Below, piece after piece: positions 45,814-59,739 of a stretch of 64,000 nucleotides of DNA. Each line of letters starts with the position of its first letter. Position 1 is the stretch's first letter. The notes beneath the pieces are model-generated. The model was not told the origin of the DNA. It did not search any database and saw only the letters and a list, made by a program, of their open reading frames with translations. This DNA comes from an uncultured Gemmatimonadaceae bacterium (GTDB lineage Bacteria > Gemmatimonadota > Gemmatimonadetes > Gemmatimonadales > Gemmatimonadaceae): positions 192,001-256,000 of the forward strand of contig OY970320.1 in NCBI GenBank assembly GCA_963716745.1. The letters are read 5' to 3'. Made by a program: the position numbers and the translations under genes.

Positions 45814-46770
45814 ATGAACGTCATTTGCCCGGAGTGCGGTTCGATCTTTCGCGTGGACCCCGCCAAGATCCCATTGGGCGGAGTGCGCGCGCGGTGCTCC
45901 GTATGCGGCGGCGTGATCGCGATCGGCGATTCCGGTTCGAGTCTGGGCGGGAACGCCGCGGCTGCGATGAGCGGCTTCGGAGCGGGGATCCCGGCGCCGG
46001 CGCCGGTGCGTCCCGCGTTCGCGCCGTTGGCTGCCGCGCCCGCGCCGGCAGCACCACCCGCGGCGCCGCAGCCGCCGAGATTCTCCGGACCGGTGCGCGC
46101 TCCCGCGCCTGCCGCGCCGCCCGCGCGGCCACCGATCGAGACGCCGGCGTTCATCGCGCGCCCGCCGGCGCCGGCGGCGGCCATGCCGGCGATGCCGGCG
46201 ATGCCGACACAGGTACGTCCCGCTGCGCCGCGTCCGATGGCGCCGCCGCCGGTCGCGCCGCCACCAGTTGCTCCGGTCGCGCCCGCGGCTGCTCCGGCGG
46301 CTCCGCCGCCGTTCCGCATGAACGCGCCGGCTGCGGCGCCTCCTGCGCCCGCTGCCGCGGCGCCAATGGCGCCCATGGCGCCGATCGTCCCGGTCGCGCC
46401 AATGGCGCCGGTCGCCCCGCCGCCGGCGGCACCCGCGCCACCGCCTGCTCGCACCAGCGGCCCCGCGGCGCAGCGCGCGACGGCGGCCGTGAGCGGCGCG
46501 CGCGCGCCGATCAACCCGTTCCTCGCCAACGATCCCAACCAGAAGGCCAAGCGCCTCGCCCGTGCGCTCGTGTCGGACATCGTCGCGTACTTCCCCGAGA
46601 AGCACCAGGAAGGCGTGCGCAACGGCACCCTGCGCGAACTCTTCCGCGAGGAGATCAAGAAGAGCTACGAGGAGTACATGGATCAGATGGGCAAGGAATT
46701 CGCCGATTCAACCACGCATTTCCAAGACGCGCTGAACGACGTATTGGCGCAGGGCGCGAAAGTTTTTTGA
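45814..46770 (+). CDS. Zinc-ribbon protein with Pro/Ala-rich linker and helical C-terminal domain
   Basis: CPEC...CSVC at the N-terminus, about 180 aa low-complexity linker, AKRLARALVSDI domain. Confidence 0.8.
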   Translation: MNVICPECGSIFRVDPAKIPLGGVRARCSVCGGVIAIGDSGSSLGGNAAAAMSGFGAGIPAPAPVRPAFAPLAAAPAPAAPPAAPQPPRFSGPVRAPAPAAPPARPPIETPAFIARPPAPAAAMPAMPAMPTQVRPAAPRPMAPPPVAPPPVAPVAPAAAPAAPPPFRMNAPAAAPPAPAAAAPMAPMAPIVPVAPMAPVAPPPAAPAPPPARTSGPAAQRATAAVSGARAPINPFLANDPNQKAKRLARALVSDIVAYFPEKHQEGVRNGTLRELFREEIKKSYEEYMDQMGKEFADSTTHFQDALNDVLAQGAKVF

Positions 46771-46888
46771 TTTCTGACGTCTCAGTCTAACGTCTAAGTC
46801 TGTAGTCATATTATACTTCGGCTGCACCACGAGCCGTCACGCCTTGGCTTGACGGCTCGCTCCTTTTCCAAGCACCTCATCGAGAGCC

Positions 46889-48005
46889 ATGGCCGAGACG
46901 GAACGCGCGCGGCGACTGCGAAAACATGAAGAGCGGCTCGCTGAGCTAAGGGGGTATCTTTGACCTGGACGCGAAGCGGCGCGCGCTTGGCGAGCTCGAA
47001 TCGCGCATGGCGTCCGACGGCTTCTGGAACGATCAGGAGCGCGCGCGCAGCGTGATCGCTGAGGCGAACGCGATCAAGGGATGGCTGGAGCCATACGACC
47101 GGCTGACGGCGCGCGTGAAGTCCGACATCGAGATGGATGAGCTGCTCACCGCCGAGCCCGATGCGGAAATGGCGGCGGAGCTGGAGCGTGACATCGAGTC
47201 GCTCGAGGTGGAGGTACCCGCGCTCGAATTGCGCGCCCTCATGCAGGGCCCCGACGATCATCGCGACGCGATGCTCGAGATCAGCGCCGGCGCCGGCGGC
47301 ACGGAGGCGCAGGACTGGGCCTCGATGCTCATGCGCATGTACACGCGCTGGGCCGAGCGGCGCGGATTCACAGTCGAGGTCCTCGACCTGAGCGAAGGCG
47401 AAGAGGCCGGGATCAAGGGCGCGATGCTCGAGATCCACGGCGCGAACGCGTTCGGCTTCCTGCGCGCGGAGGCGGGGGTGCACCGGCTGGTGCGCATCTC
47501 GCCCTTCGATTCGCAGTCGCGGCGGCACACGAGCTTCGCTTCAGTGTTCGTGTACCCGATGGTGGATGACGAGATCAACATCGAGCTGAGAGACGAGGAC
47601 ATTCGCATGGATGTCTTTCGCGCATCGGGCGCCGGCGGGCAGCACGTCAACAAGACGAGCTCGGCGGTGCGGCTCACGCACATCCCCAGCGGCATCGTGG
47701 TGAGCTGCCAGCAAGAGCGGTCGCAGTTCAAGAACAAGGCGACCGCGATGAAGATGCTGAAGAATCGCCTCTACCAGCGCGAGGTCGAAGTGCGCGAGAA
47801 GAAGCGCGCCGAGCTGAACGACACGAAGATGGATGTGTCGTTCGGCAGCCAGATCCGCAGCTACGTCTTCCAGCCGTACACGATGGTGAACGATCACCGC
47901 ACGGAGCTGAAGATCACGGACGTCCAGAAGGTGATGGACGGCGCGATCGATCCGTTCATCGAGGCCTATCTGAAGCAGGGCGGCGCGAACCCGGTGACCA
48001 AGTGA
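46889..48005 (+). CDS. prfB: Peptide chain release factor 2, programmed +1 frameshift
   Basis: 24-codon ORF ending AGG GGG TAT CTT TGA C; the +1 frame continues into the SPF and GGQ motifs. Confidence 0.97.
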
Positions 48006-49501
48006 GCGCCGACGATCTCAACTTCGTGATGAAGGCGCGGCGCGAGAAGCTCGATCAGCTCGCGGCGCGGGGGATCGCGCCGTTCGCGTACCGCTTCGAG
48101 CGCTCGCACGCCGCCGCGGAGGCGGTGGCCGCCGGCGCGTCGCTCGCCGAGGGCGCGGAGGGGGCGCACGTGAGAGTGGCAGGGCGCATCATGGCGTGGC
48201 GCGGCCATGGGAAGACCTCGTTCGCGCACATCGCCGATCCGAGCGGGCGCGTGCAGTTGTACTTCCGCAAGGACGCGCTGGGCGATGACGCGTGGGCGCT
48301 CGTCGAGGCGCTGGACATTGGCGACATCATCGGCGTCGAGGGGCCGCTCTTCCGCACGCGCACCGGCGAGGTGACCGCGCGCGTCACGGCGCTCACGCTG
48401 CTCGCGAAATCGCTGCGTCCGCTGCCGATCGGCAAGGAAGAGATGGTGGACGGTCAACTCGTGCGGCACGCGGGGTTCGCCGATCCCGAGCAGCGCTACC
48501 GTCAGCGCTACGCCGATCTCGCGGTGCATCCCGAGGTGCGCGCGCTGTTCGTGGCGCGGTCGCGCATGGTGAGTGCGATCCGCGCGTTCCTGGACGGGCG
48601 CGGTTTCCTCGAGGTGGAGACGCCGGTGCTGCAGCCGCTCTATGGCGGCGCCGCGGCGCGGCCGTTCGTCACGCAGCACAACGCGCTCGACACCACGCTG
48701 TACCTGCGCATCGCGGACGAACTGTACCTCAAGCGGCTCATCGTGGGCGGATTCGACGCGGTGTACGAGATCGGCCACGACTTCCGCAACGAGGGGATCG
48801 ATCGCACGCACAATCCCGAGTTCACGATGCTCGAGTGGTACGAGGCCTACGCCGACTACGGCGACACGATGTCGCTCGTGGAGCGGCTGATCGTTTCCGC
48901 GGCCAATGCCATTCGCGCGCTGCCCGGCATGGCCGAGAGAGTGCCGGCGCTCGCGCCGCCGTTCGCGCGCATCCAGTGGGTGCCGACGCTCAACGCCGCG
49001 CTCGGCGCCGATGCGCTCGCGATGAGCGATGCCGACCTCAAGAAGGCGGGGGAGCGCGTGGGCGTGCACAACGTGGCCACGCTCAGCCGGCCCAAGCTGC
49101 TCGACGAGATCTTCCAGGCGCTCGTGGAGAGCAGGCTGGAGGCGCCGACGTTCGTGCTCGATTATCCGATGGAACTCTCGCCGCTCGCGAAGCCGAAGCG
49201 CGGCGATCCGAAGCTCGCGGAACGGTTCGAGCTGTTCGCGCGCGGGCGGGAGTTGGCGAATGCGTTCAGCGAACTGAACGATCCGATCGACCAGCGCCGC
49301 CGCCTCGAGGCGCAGGCCAAGCTGCGCGCGGCGGGCGATCTCGAGGCCGTGGGCGTGGACGAGGACTATCTGCGCGCGATGGAATACGGCATGCCGCCGG
49401 CCGGCGGGTGCGGCATCGGCATCGACCGTCTGTTCATGTATCTCACCGATACGCCGAGCATCCGCGACGTGATCCTCTTCCCGACGCTGCGCCCGGAATG
49501 A
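48002..49501 (+). CDS. lysS: Lysine--tRNA ligase (class II)
   Basis: [39 protein letters not shown]. Confidence 0.97.
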   Translation: MSADDLNFVMKARREKLDQLAARGIAPFAYRFERSHAAAEAVAAGASLAEGAEGAHVRVAGRIMAWRGHGKTSFAHIADPSGRVQLYFRKDALGDDAWALVEALDIGDIIGVEGPLFRTRTGEVTARVTALTLLAKSLRPLPIGKEEMVDGQLVRHAGFADPEQRYRQRYADLAVHPEVRALFVARSRMVSAIRAFLDGRGFLEVETPVLQPLYGGAAARPFVTQHNALDTTLYLRIADELYLKRLIVGGFDAVYEIGHDFRNEGIDRTHNPEFTMLEWYEAYADYGDTMSLVERLIVSAANAIRALPGMAERVPALAPPFARIQWVPTLNAALGADALAMSDADLKKAGERVGVHNVATLSRPKLLDEIFQALVESRLEAPTFVLDYPMELSPLAKPKRGDPKLAERFELFARGRELANAFSELNDPIDQRRRLEAQAKLRAAGDLEAVGVDEDYLRAMEYGMPPAGGCGIGIDRLFMYLTDTPSIRDVILFPTLRPE

Positions 49502-50743
49502 CGCGGCTCGAGCTGGCCATCGCGTGGCGCTATCTGCGGAGCAGGGGAACGTCCCGGCTCTTCTCGTTCATCAGCGTGATCGCGATCGGGGGCGTCGTGG
49601 TGGGCGTCGCGGCGCTCATCGTGATCAACGGCGTGATGACGGGCATGCAGGGCGAGTTGCGCGAGAAGATCCTGGTGGGCAGCCCGGACCTGCGCGTGCT
49701 GAGCTTTGGGGAGAATCTGCGGCTCGAGCACTGGGAGGGCGCGCTCGACACCGTGCGCGCGCAGCCCGGCGTCGTGGCGGCGGCGCCGTTCGTGCTCACG
49801 CAGGGATTGGCCACGAGCGGGCACGACTATTTCGAAGGCGTGTTCGTCGCGGGGATCGAGCCCGAGCTGCGGGTGCTGCAACCGGTCACCGACATCAGGA
49901 AGTACGCGGTGCAGGGCGATTTCCATTTCGCGAGCTCCGACGGCAAGACGCGCGGTGCGGTGATCGGGCGCCGGCTCGCGGAACGGCTGAACACGTACCC
50001 GGGCGACACGATCACGCTCATCACGGCGTCGGCGAAGTTCAACGCGGCGGTAGGCGGCATCGTTCCGCGGCTCTTCCGATTCGAAGTGACGGGCGTCTTC
50101 CGCACGGGCATGTACGAGTACGACAATGCCTACGTCTACCTGCCGCTGGATGTGGCGCAGGAGTTCGGCGGTCTCGGCGGCGCGGTGACGGGCATCGAAG
50201 TGAAGGCCGCCGACCGGTGGCAGGCGCCGGTGCTCGCGGCCAAGCTGCAGGATCGGCTCGGCTATCCGTATCGCGTGCAGGATTGGCAGGAGCAGAACCT
50301 GCAGCTCTTCCAGGCGCTCAAGCTCGAGAAGCTCGGCATGTTCGTGATCCTGCTCCTGATCGTGCTGGTGGCGGCGTTCAACATCGTGAGCACGCTCGCG
50401 ATGGTGGTGAAGGACAAGACGCGCGAGATCGGCATCCTCAAGGCGATGGGGATGCGCGCGCGGAGCGTGCGCCGACTGTTCGTGATCCAGGGCGTGGTGA
50501 TCGGCGCCGTCGGCACGCTGATCGGCGCGACGCTCGGGATCGCGATCGGTTCGCGGTGGACCGGTTCAAGCTCATCAGCTGGACCCGCAGGTATATTTCA
50601 TTGACCACCTGCCGGTCCGGATCGAAGCGCTGGACGTGGGCATGATCGTGCTGGCGAGTGTGGCGATCGCCGTGCTCGCGACGCTCTATCCGTCGGCGCA
50701 GGCGGCGCGGCTCTTTCCGGTCGAGGCCATTCGGCACGAATGA
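49498..50743 (+). CDS. lolE: Lipoprotein-releasing ABC permease LolC/E (apparent frameshift near 50550)
   Basis: [34 protein letters not shown]; followed by lolD. Confidence 0.88.
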
Positions 50744-51442
50744 ACGCGATCGAAGCGCGGGATCTCAGCAAGTCCTTCGTGGGCGGCGACGGCGGGCGCG
50801 TGGATGTGCTCGACGGCGTCTCACTCGACGTGCGCACCGGCGAGCTCGTCGCGATCATGGGCGCGAGCGGCGCGGGGAAGAGCACGCTGCTGCATCTCCT
50901 CGGCGCGCTGGATCGTCCTACCAGCGGCACCGTGTCGCTCGCGGGCGAGGCGGTGGCCGGCCTCAACGACGAAGCGCTCGCCGAGATGCGCAACCGGCGC
51001 GTGGGCTTCGTATTCCAGTTCCATCACCTGCTGCGCGAGTTCTCCGCGTTGGAGAACGTGATGATGCCGATGCTGCATCGCCGGATGGGATACGCCGAAG
51101 GCGCGCGTGCGGGCGAAGGAGCTGCTCGACCGCGTCGGCCTGGCATCACGCATGAGCCACCGGCCAGGGGAACTCTCGGGCGGCGAGCAGCAGCGCACCG
51201 CGGTCGCGCGCGCGCTCGTGATGGATCCGGCCGTCGTGCTCGCCGACGAACCGAGTGGCAACCTCGATCATGCGAACGCCGAGCGTCTGCACGATGAGTT
51301 CACGCGCGTGGTGCGCGATCTCGAGCTGGCGATGGTCGTGGTGACGCACAATCCCGCGCTGGCGGCGCGCGCGGACCGTGTGCTCCTGCTCGAGGACGGC
51401 AGGCTGCGCGACGTTCCCGCGCGCCGCGAGGTGATGGCCTGA
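50740..51442 (+). CDS. lolD: Lipoprotein-releasing ABC ATPase (apparent frameshift near 51075-51100)
   Basis: [35 protein letters not shown]. Confidence 0.9.
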
Positions 51443-51930
51443 TGTTGTGCGACAATTGCCGTGAGCGCGATGCGGTGATCCAGGTGACGCAGGTGACCGA
51501 GCCGCCCGTGAAGCAGCTCAACCTGTGCGAGAAGTGCGCGGCCGAGCGCGGCATCGAGACGCAGCTGTCGCCGCCCAAGCAGCCGCTGACGGATTTCATC
51601 CTCGCCGTGCAGCAGAAGAGCCTGCCGGCGGGCGAAGGGGATGGGGTGCGGTGTTCGTTCTGTCAGGCCTCGCTCCGCGACTTCAAGAACACCGGCCGGC
51701 TCGGCTGCGCGTACTGCTACGGCACGTTCGAGACGAATCTGCGCGACCTGCTGCGCCGCGTCCACGGGAATTCCAAGCACCAGGGGAAGAACTATTCTCC
51801 GCCGCAGGGAGCGCCGGAGGAGGGGGGCAGCGTGCTCTCCGAGCTGCGCGACCGCCTCAAACGCGCGATCGATCAGGAGCAGTTCGAGGAAGCGGCGAAG
51901 CTGCGCGACCAGATCAAGGTGATCGAATGA
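51442..51930 (+). CDS. mcsA: McsA activator (Zn-finger plus UVR motif)
   Basis: Four CxxC pairs, GRLGC, HQGK, EQFEEAAKLRD. Confidence 0.92.
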   Translation: MLCDNCRERDAVIQVTQVTEPPVKQLNLCEKCAAERGIETQLSPPKQPLTDFILAVQQKSLPAGEGDGVRCSFCQASLRDFKNTGRLGCAYCYGTFETNLRDLLRRVHGNSKHQGKNYSPPQGAPEEGGSVLSELRDRLKRAIDQEQFEEAAKLRDQIKVIE

Positions 51931-53012
51931 CCCTCGACCTGTCGCTCCTGCCCGATGGCGGCGTGAATTGGCTCGACGCGAGTGGCGAGCACGCGGGCAC
52001 GGTGCTGTCCACGCGCATCCGGCTCGCACGCAATCTGGAGGGGTTCGCTTTCCCCGGTCGCGCGCGCGAGGGCGAACGCCTGCGCATCCTCACGAGAGTG
52101 AAAGAGGCGGTGTCCGACACGCCGGCGATGGCGAACAGCCTGCTCGTGCGCGTGGACGAACTCGCGGGCGACGACCGGCTGCTCCTGCACGAACGGCACC
52201 TGGTGAGCCGCGAACTGGCCGGGCTCGACCCGCAGCACCCCGTGCGGAGCGGCGCGGCGGTTTTCCTCGGGGACGGCTCGAGCGTCATGGTGAATGAGGA
52301 GGATCATCTCCGGCTGCAGGCGCTCCGCTCCGGGTTCGACCTGGCGGGTGCGTACGCGTCGATCCAGCGGCTGGACGACGAGTTGGGCGCGCGCGTGCCG
52401 TACGCGTTCCACCGGGAGTTCGGCTTCCTCACGTCGTGCCCCACGAACACCGGCACGGGGATGCGTGCCTCGGTGCTCATGCATCTGCCGGGGCTCGTGC
52501 TCACGAAGGAGATCGCGAAGACGCTCACGGGACTGCAGGCGATCGGCCTGACGTACCGCGGGCTGTACGGGGAGGGGAGCGAGGTCGTCGGGAATTTCTT
52601 CCAGATCTCTAATCAGACGACGCTCGGCCGTTCCGAGGATGAGATCATCGAGCAGTTGATGCACATCCTGCAGACCGTCGTCGCGCGGGAAGAAGAGGCA
52701 AGACGTGTATTGTTGCGTGACGCCGGTTATATTATAGAAGACAAGCTTTGGCGGGCGTACGGGACGCTGCGATATGCGCGGAGTCTCTCGTTCGAAGAAG
52801 CGATGAACTACTTGAGTGGCGTGCGCTTGGCTGTCGGTCTGAAACTGGTCCCTGGCCTGAGTGTATATACCCTCAACAAGCTCCTGATCTTTTCGCAGTC
52901 GGCACATCTGTCGCAACGGGAGGGACGGACGCTCACCGAGAGCGAGGCGAACATCGCACGCGCGCGGTACGTCCGACAGACTCTGGCCGACGAAGCGGTG
53001 ACAAAGGGCTGA
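51927..53012 (+). CDS. mcsB: Protein-arginine kinase
   Basis: STRIRLARN, NEEDHLRLQ, CPTNTGTG, RGLYGEGS, QISNQTTLG. Confidence 0.95.
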   Translation: MTLDLSLLPDGGVNWLDASGEHAGTVLSTRIRLARNLEGFAFPGRAREGERLRILTRVKEAVSDTPAMANSLLVRVDELAGDDRLLLHERHLVSRELAGLDPQHPVRSGAAVFLGDGSSVMVNEEDHLRLQALRSGFDLAGAYASIQRLDDELGARVPYAFHREFGFLTSCPTNTGTGMRASVLMHLPGLVLTKEIAKTLTGLQAIGLTYRGLYGEGSEVVGNFFQISNQTTLGRSEDEIIEQLMHILQTVVAREEEARRVLLRDAGYIIEDKLWRAYGTLRYARSLSFEEAMNYLSGVRLAVGLKLVPGLSVYTLNKLLIFSQSAHLSQREGRTLTESEANIARARYVRQTLADEAVTKG

Positions 53013-53045
53013 CCCATTCTCCGGGTGCCCGTCATTGAGGGACCT

Positions 53046-55530
<2,485 letters not shown>

Positions 55531-55608
55531 TACTTCGCCCTTTGACGGCGGAGCGGCCGAGTGACCCCTTGGAGGGCCATTCGGCCGTTTCGCGTGTATC
55601 TTTAGAGA

Positions 55609-58008
55609 ATGTCTCGCGTTTATTCCGTTCCAATAGCACTGCTCGCCGTTCTCGGGCCGCTCGTCGCCCACGCGCAAGCGGCCCAAGTGCCATGTGCCAT
55701 CCCCGATTCGGTCGCGTTCTCGGGCAATATCCGGGTCTCGCGCAGCATTATCGTCGCGGATGCCGGCGTGAAGCCGGGTGACACGCTCAACTATCGCGTG
55801 GTCCAGCGCGCGATCAAGAACCTGTATGCCACCGGCCAGTTCGATGACGTGCAAGTGCACTGCGACATCAATCCGGTGACGAACCGGACGACGCTCGTCG
55901 TGCACGTGGTGGAGCGCCCGCTGCTCGCCGGCGTCACCGTGAACGGCGCGACGGTGTTCGCGAAGGGGAGCATGCGCGACAAGATCGAGGTGCCGGTGGG
56001 CCGCCCGGTGGACCCGGCGCTCGTCGCGCTCGCGATCTCACGGATCGACTCGGCGTATCGCGAGAAGGGCTACTACCTGGCCACCGTGAAGGTGGACTCG
56101 TCGATCACCGACGGACGGTTGAAGCTCACGTTCAACATCCACGAGGGCCATCGCCTCGCCATCGCGGGCATCGAGTTCGTCGGCAACAAGAAGATTCACA
56201 CGTCCACGATCATGGCCTCGTTCGACACCCAGAAGGAAGGATTCTTCTTCTGGCAGAGCGGCGAGCTCGATGAGGACAAGCTGGCCACCGACATCGGCGT
56301 GCACCTCGCCAAGCTCTACAACGACCGAGGCTACATCGATTTCGAGGTGCTGAGCGACACCGTGATCGTGGACCCGGTTTCCGGCAAGGGGATCATCCGC
56401 ATCACACTGCACGAGGGCCCCAAGTACGTGGTGGGGAACTTCGAGATCATCGGGAATCGCCATTTCTCCACCGAGGAGCTGATGGCGTACTACCCGTTCA
56501 CCGGCCAGGGTCCGTCGCTCACCGCGCGCGTGCTCAGCGTCGTGAAGGGCGAACTCCCCGACCCGCACGCGTTCAATCTCGGGTCGTGGAATGACGCCAC
56601 CGATCGCGTCCGATCGCTGTACAGCAACGAAGGGTACATCTACGCGCAGATCCGCGGCGTCATCGACCGCGTCACGAAGAGCGACTCGCTCCACGTCGTG
56701 AACCTGCGCTGGGAGATCGACGAGAAGATCCCCGCCACGATCAATCGCATCGACATCGCGGGCAACGACTACACGAATGAAGGGTGCATCCGCGAGCAGC
56801 TCGTGATCCTGCCGGGCGACGTCTTCAACCAGGACCGCCTGCTGCGCAGCTACCAGAACATCCAGAACATGGGCTTCTTCGAGTCGCCGCTGCCGCCGCC
56901 CGACACGCGTCCGGCGAACGAGCAGGGCGACGTGGACATCATCTTCCACGTGAAGGAGAAGAAGACGGGCACCATCAATTTCGGCGCGTCGGTGGGACAG
57001 GGCACGGGCGTCGGCGGATTCATCGGACTCGACCAGCCGAACCTGTTCGGCTCCTGCAAGAAGGGCACGCTCCAGTGGCAGTTCGGGCGTTACAACAACG
57101 ACTTCCAGCTCACGTACACCGATCCATCGTTCCAGCATACGCGCATCTCGGCGTCGGTCGCCGCTTACCACACGCGCACGCAGTACATCGTGGCCGACCT
57201 CGGCAACAGCGTGCGGACCGGTGGGTCGTTCCAGCTGGGTTTCCCGGTGGCGAACTCGCCGTTCACGCGGTTCTTCCTGTCTTACGGCGCCGAAGCCGTG
57301 CAGTTCACGGGCGGCGTGGCTACGCGCGACACCGCGATTAATCAGAATGTGAACTTCCGGTCGACCCTGGGCTTCACGCTCACGCACGACAATCGTGTGG
57401 ACATGCCGTTCCCGTCGGGCGGCTCGATGCGGACCATCTCGCTCCAACTGAACGGCGGTCCACTCGGCGGCACCGCCGACTTCCAGCGGATCACGGCGCA
57501 GGTGAGCAGCTACAATACCCTCGCGACGATCGGCGGCGGCACGCCGACGTCCCAGCCGATGAAGGTGGTGCTCGGACTCACTGGACGTAGCGGCTTCGTG
57601 TTCGGGAACACCGGATCGTTCTTCTATTCGCAGCTCTTCACGATGGGCGGCACACAGTATGGCGAGATGCTGCGCGGTTATCCGTCCTTCTCGATCACGC
57701 CGCACGGCTATGCGCCGAACAGCGCGCAGACGGCTCAGATCCAGTCGTTCGGCAATGCGTTCTTCTCGATGACGGCGGAACTCGGCATGCGCTGGAGCTC
57801 GATGGTGTACAGCGATGTCTTCTTCGATGCCGGTAACGTGTACGCCAACGCCCGCGATTTCGATCCGACGCGCTTGTTCCGCGGCGCGGGCGTCGGCATT
57901 TCGATCGTCACGCCGCTCGGACCGCTCGGGCTGGACTACGGGTACGGCTTCGACCGGGTACCACCACAGTGGCAATTGCACTTCCGGCTCGGCAATATCA
58001 TCCAATAA
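55609..58008 (+). CDS. bamA: Outer-membrane protein assembly factor BamA
   Basis: Signal peptide, POTRA repeats, LRGY lid motif, TPLGPLGLDYG; precedes skp-lpxD. Confidence 0.93.
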   Translation: MSRVYSVPIALLAVLGPLVAHAQAAQVPCAIPDSVAFSGNIRVSRSIIVADAGVKPGDTLNYRVVQRAIKNLYATGQFDDVQVHCDINPVTNRTTLVVHVVERPLLAGVTVNGATVFAKGSMRDKIEVPVGRPVDPALVALAISRIDSAYREKGYYLATVKVDSSITDGRLKLTFNIHEGHRLAIAGIEFVGNKKIHTSTIMASFDTQKEGFFFWQSGELDEDKLATDIGVHLAKLYNDRGYIDFEVLSDTVIVDPVSGKGIIRITLHEGPKYVVGNFEIIGNRHFSTEELMAYYPFTGQGPSLTARVLSVVKGELPDPHAFNLGSWNDATDRVRSLYSNEGYIYAQIRGVIDRVTKSDSLHVVNLRWEIDEKIPATINRIDIAGNDYTNEGCIREQLVILPGDVFNQDRLLRSYQNIQNMGFFESPLPPPDTRPANEQGDVDIIFHVKEKKTGTINFGASVGQGTGVGGFIGLDQPNLFGSCKKGTLQWQFGRYNNDFQLTYTDPSFQHTRISASVAAYHTRTQYIVADLGNSVRTGGSFQLGFPVANSPFTRFFLSYGAEAVQFTGGVATRDTAINQNVNFRSTLGFTLTHDNRVDMPFPSGGSMRTISLQLNGGPLGGTADFQRITAQVSSYNTLATIGGGTPTSQPMKVVLGLTGRSGFVFGNTGSFFYSQLFTMGGTQYGEMLRGYPSFSITPHGYAPNSAQTAQIQSFGNAFFSMTAELGMRWSSMVYSDVFFDAGNVYANARDFDPTRLFRGAGVGISIVTPLGPLGLDYGYGFDRVPPQWQLHFRLGNIIQ

Positions 58009-58024
58009 CCTTTCGGGGATCGTC

Positions 58025-58672
58025 ATGACCATTCTCTATCGGACCGCAGTCGGCGTCTCGGCGCTCGCGCTGCTCATCGTGGCCGGCGCGGGCGCGCAGT
58101 CGGCGACGAAGATCGGCTACGTCAATTCACAGCGCATCCTGCCCGTGGCGCCCGGCTTCGCCGACGCGCAACAGGCGATCGACATGGAGACCGAGGGCGT
58201 GAAGGCGACGGAGCAGAAGATGAGCGACTCGCTCAGCGCCATGGTGCAGGACTACACCAAGGTGCAGGCGACGCTCACGCCGGCGCAGCGCACGCAGCGC
58301 GAGGCGGCGCTCAAGGCCAAGCAGCAGGAGTACCAGCAGCGCGCGCAGCAGATGGAAGCCAAGGTGACGCAGCGGCAGGCGCAGCTCGTGCAGCCGATCA
58401 TGGACCAGATCCGTAGCGTGATCGACGGCCTGCGCGCCGAGGGCGGCTACGCGGTGATCCTCGACGCGGGGAGCCAGAGCGGCGTCGTGGTGTCGGTGGA
58501 TACGACGCTCGACCTCACGGACAAGGTGATCGCGCGCCTGGCGGCGCTCGGTCCGGCGAAGCCCTCCACCGCCACCAAGCCGGGTGCCGTGAAGCCGGGG
58601 GCGCCGACGCCTGCGGCGACGACCAAGCCGACGGGCATCAGCCGGCCGCCAACACCACCGCGAGGCCGTTGA
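58025..58672 (+). CDS. skp: Skp/OmpH periplasmic chaperone
   Basis: KIGYVNSQRI, Gln-rich coiled coil, DLTDKVI. Confidence 0.9.
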   Translation: MTILYRTAVGVSALALLIVAGAGAQSATKIGYVNSQRILPVAPGFADAQQAIDMETEGVKATEQKMSDSLSAMVQDYTKVQATLTPAQRTQREAALKAKQQEYQQRAQQMEAKVTQRQAQLVQPIMDQIRSVIDGLRAEGGYAVILDAGSQSGVVVSVDTTLDLTDKVIARLAALGPAKPSTATKPGAVKPGAPTPAATTKPTGISRPPTPPRGR

Positions 58673-59739
58673 CGGCACCGGCACCGAGCACCGGCGGCCC
58701 TCGGGCCGCCGGTGACGCATCGCCGTCGCTCACCGCGGCGGAGATCGCGCAGCGCGTGGGCGGCACGCTGCGCGGCGACGGCGCCATCGTCGTCCGCGCG
58801 GTCGCGCCGCTGCGCCGCGCCACGGCGGGCGAACTGAGTTTCCTCGGCAGCGCATCGTACGTGGAAGAATTCAAGATGTCCGCGGCCGGCATCGTGCTCA
58901 TCTCGCCGGAGCTGGCGGCGTCGGCGGGGCCGTCCTGCCGCATCGTGGTGGACCGCCCGCACGAGGCCATGCTCAAGGTGCTTCCCGCGCTGTACGCGGC
59001 GCCCACGGCGCCGCCGGGAGTGCATCCGACCGCGATCATCGGGCGCGGCGCGCGGCTCGGCCGCGAGATCTCCGTGGGTCCGTATTCTGTGATCGGCGAC
59101 GGCGCCGAGCTCGGCGACCGCGTCGTGATCGGCGCGCACTGCGACATCGGCCGCGGTGTCCGCGTTGGCGACGATAGTCATCTCGTCTCGTCCGTGACGC
59201 TCTATCCCGGCACGACCGTCGGCCAGCGCGTGCGCCTGCACGCGGGCGTGCGGGTGGGCAGCGATGGTTTCGGCTACGTGTATGCGGGCGGGGCGCACCA
59301 GAAGATCCCGCACGTCGGACGCTGCCTCATCGAGGACGACGTCGAGATCGGCGCGAACAGCGCGATCGATCGCGGCAGCATCGACGATACCGTGATCGGC
59401 GCCGGCACGAAGATCGACAACCTCGTGCACATCGCGCACAACGTGCGGCTCGGGCGGCTGTGCCTGATCGCGGCGCAGGTGGGGATCTCCGGATCCACCG
59501 TCGTGGGCGACGGCGCGGTGCTCGGCGGTCAGGTGGGCGTCGGCGGACACCTCACGATCGGCTCGCAAGCGAAGATCGCGGGGCAGGCCGGCGTCTCGAG
59601 CGACGTGCCGGCGGGCGAGACATGGTCGGGCACGCTCGCGCGCCCGCATCGCGAGACGCTCGTGGCGCAGGCGGCGCTCGGCCGGCTGGCGCGCATTGTG
59701 AAGGAACTCGAGCGGCTCGCGGGCCGCCGGCCATCGTGA
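58669..59739 (+). CDS. lpxD: UDP-3-O-acylglucosamine N-acyltransferase
   Basis: Hexapeptide repeats, [22 protein letters not shown]. Confidence 0.95.
   Translation: MTAPAPSTGGPRAAGDASPSLTAAEIAQRVGGTLRGDGAIVVRAVAPLRRATAGELSFLGSASYVEEFKMSAAGIVLISPELAASAGPSCRIVVDRPHEAMLKVLPALYAAPTAPPGVHPTAIIGRGARLGREISVGPYSVIGDGAELGDRVVIGAHCDIGRGVRVGDDSHLVSSVTLYPGTTVGQRVRLHAGVRVGSDGFGYVYAGGAHQKIPHVGRCLIEDDVEIGANSAIDRGSIDDTVIGAGTKIDNLVHIAHNVRLGRLCLIAAQVGISGSTVVGDGAVLGGQVGVGGHLTIGSQAKIAGQAGVSSDVPAGETWSGTLARPHRETLVAQAALGRLARIVKELERLAGRRPS

Noticed and set aside
45990..46450. GC-rich repetitive DNA as a CRISPR or repeat array
   Set aside because: It encodes a Pro/Ala-rich linker; no constant repeat-spacer structure and no cas genes.
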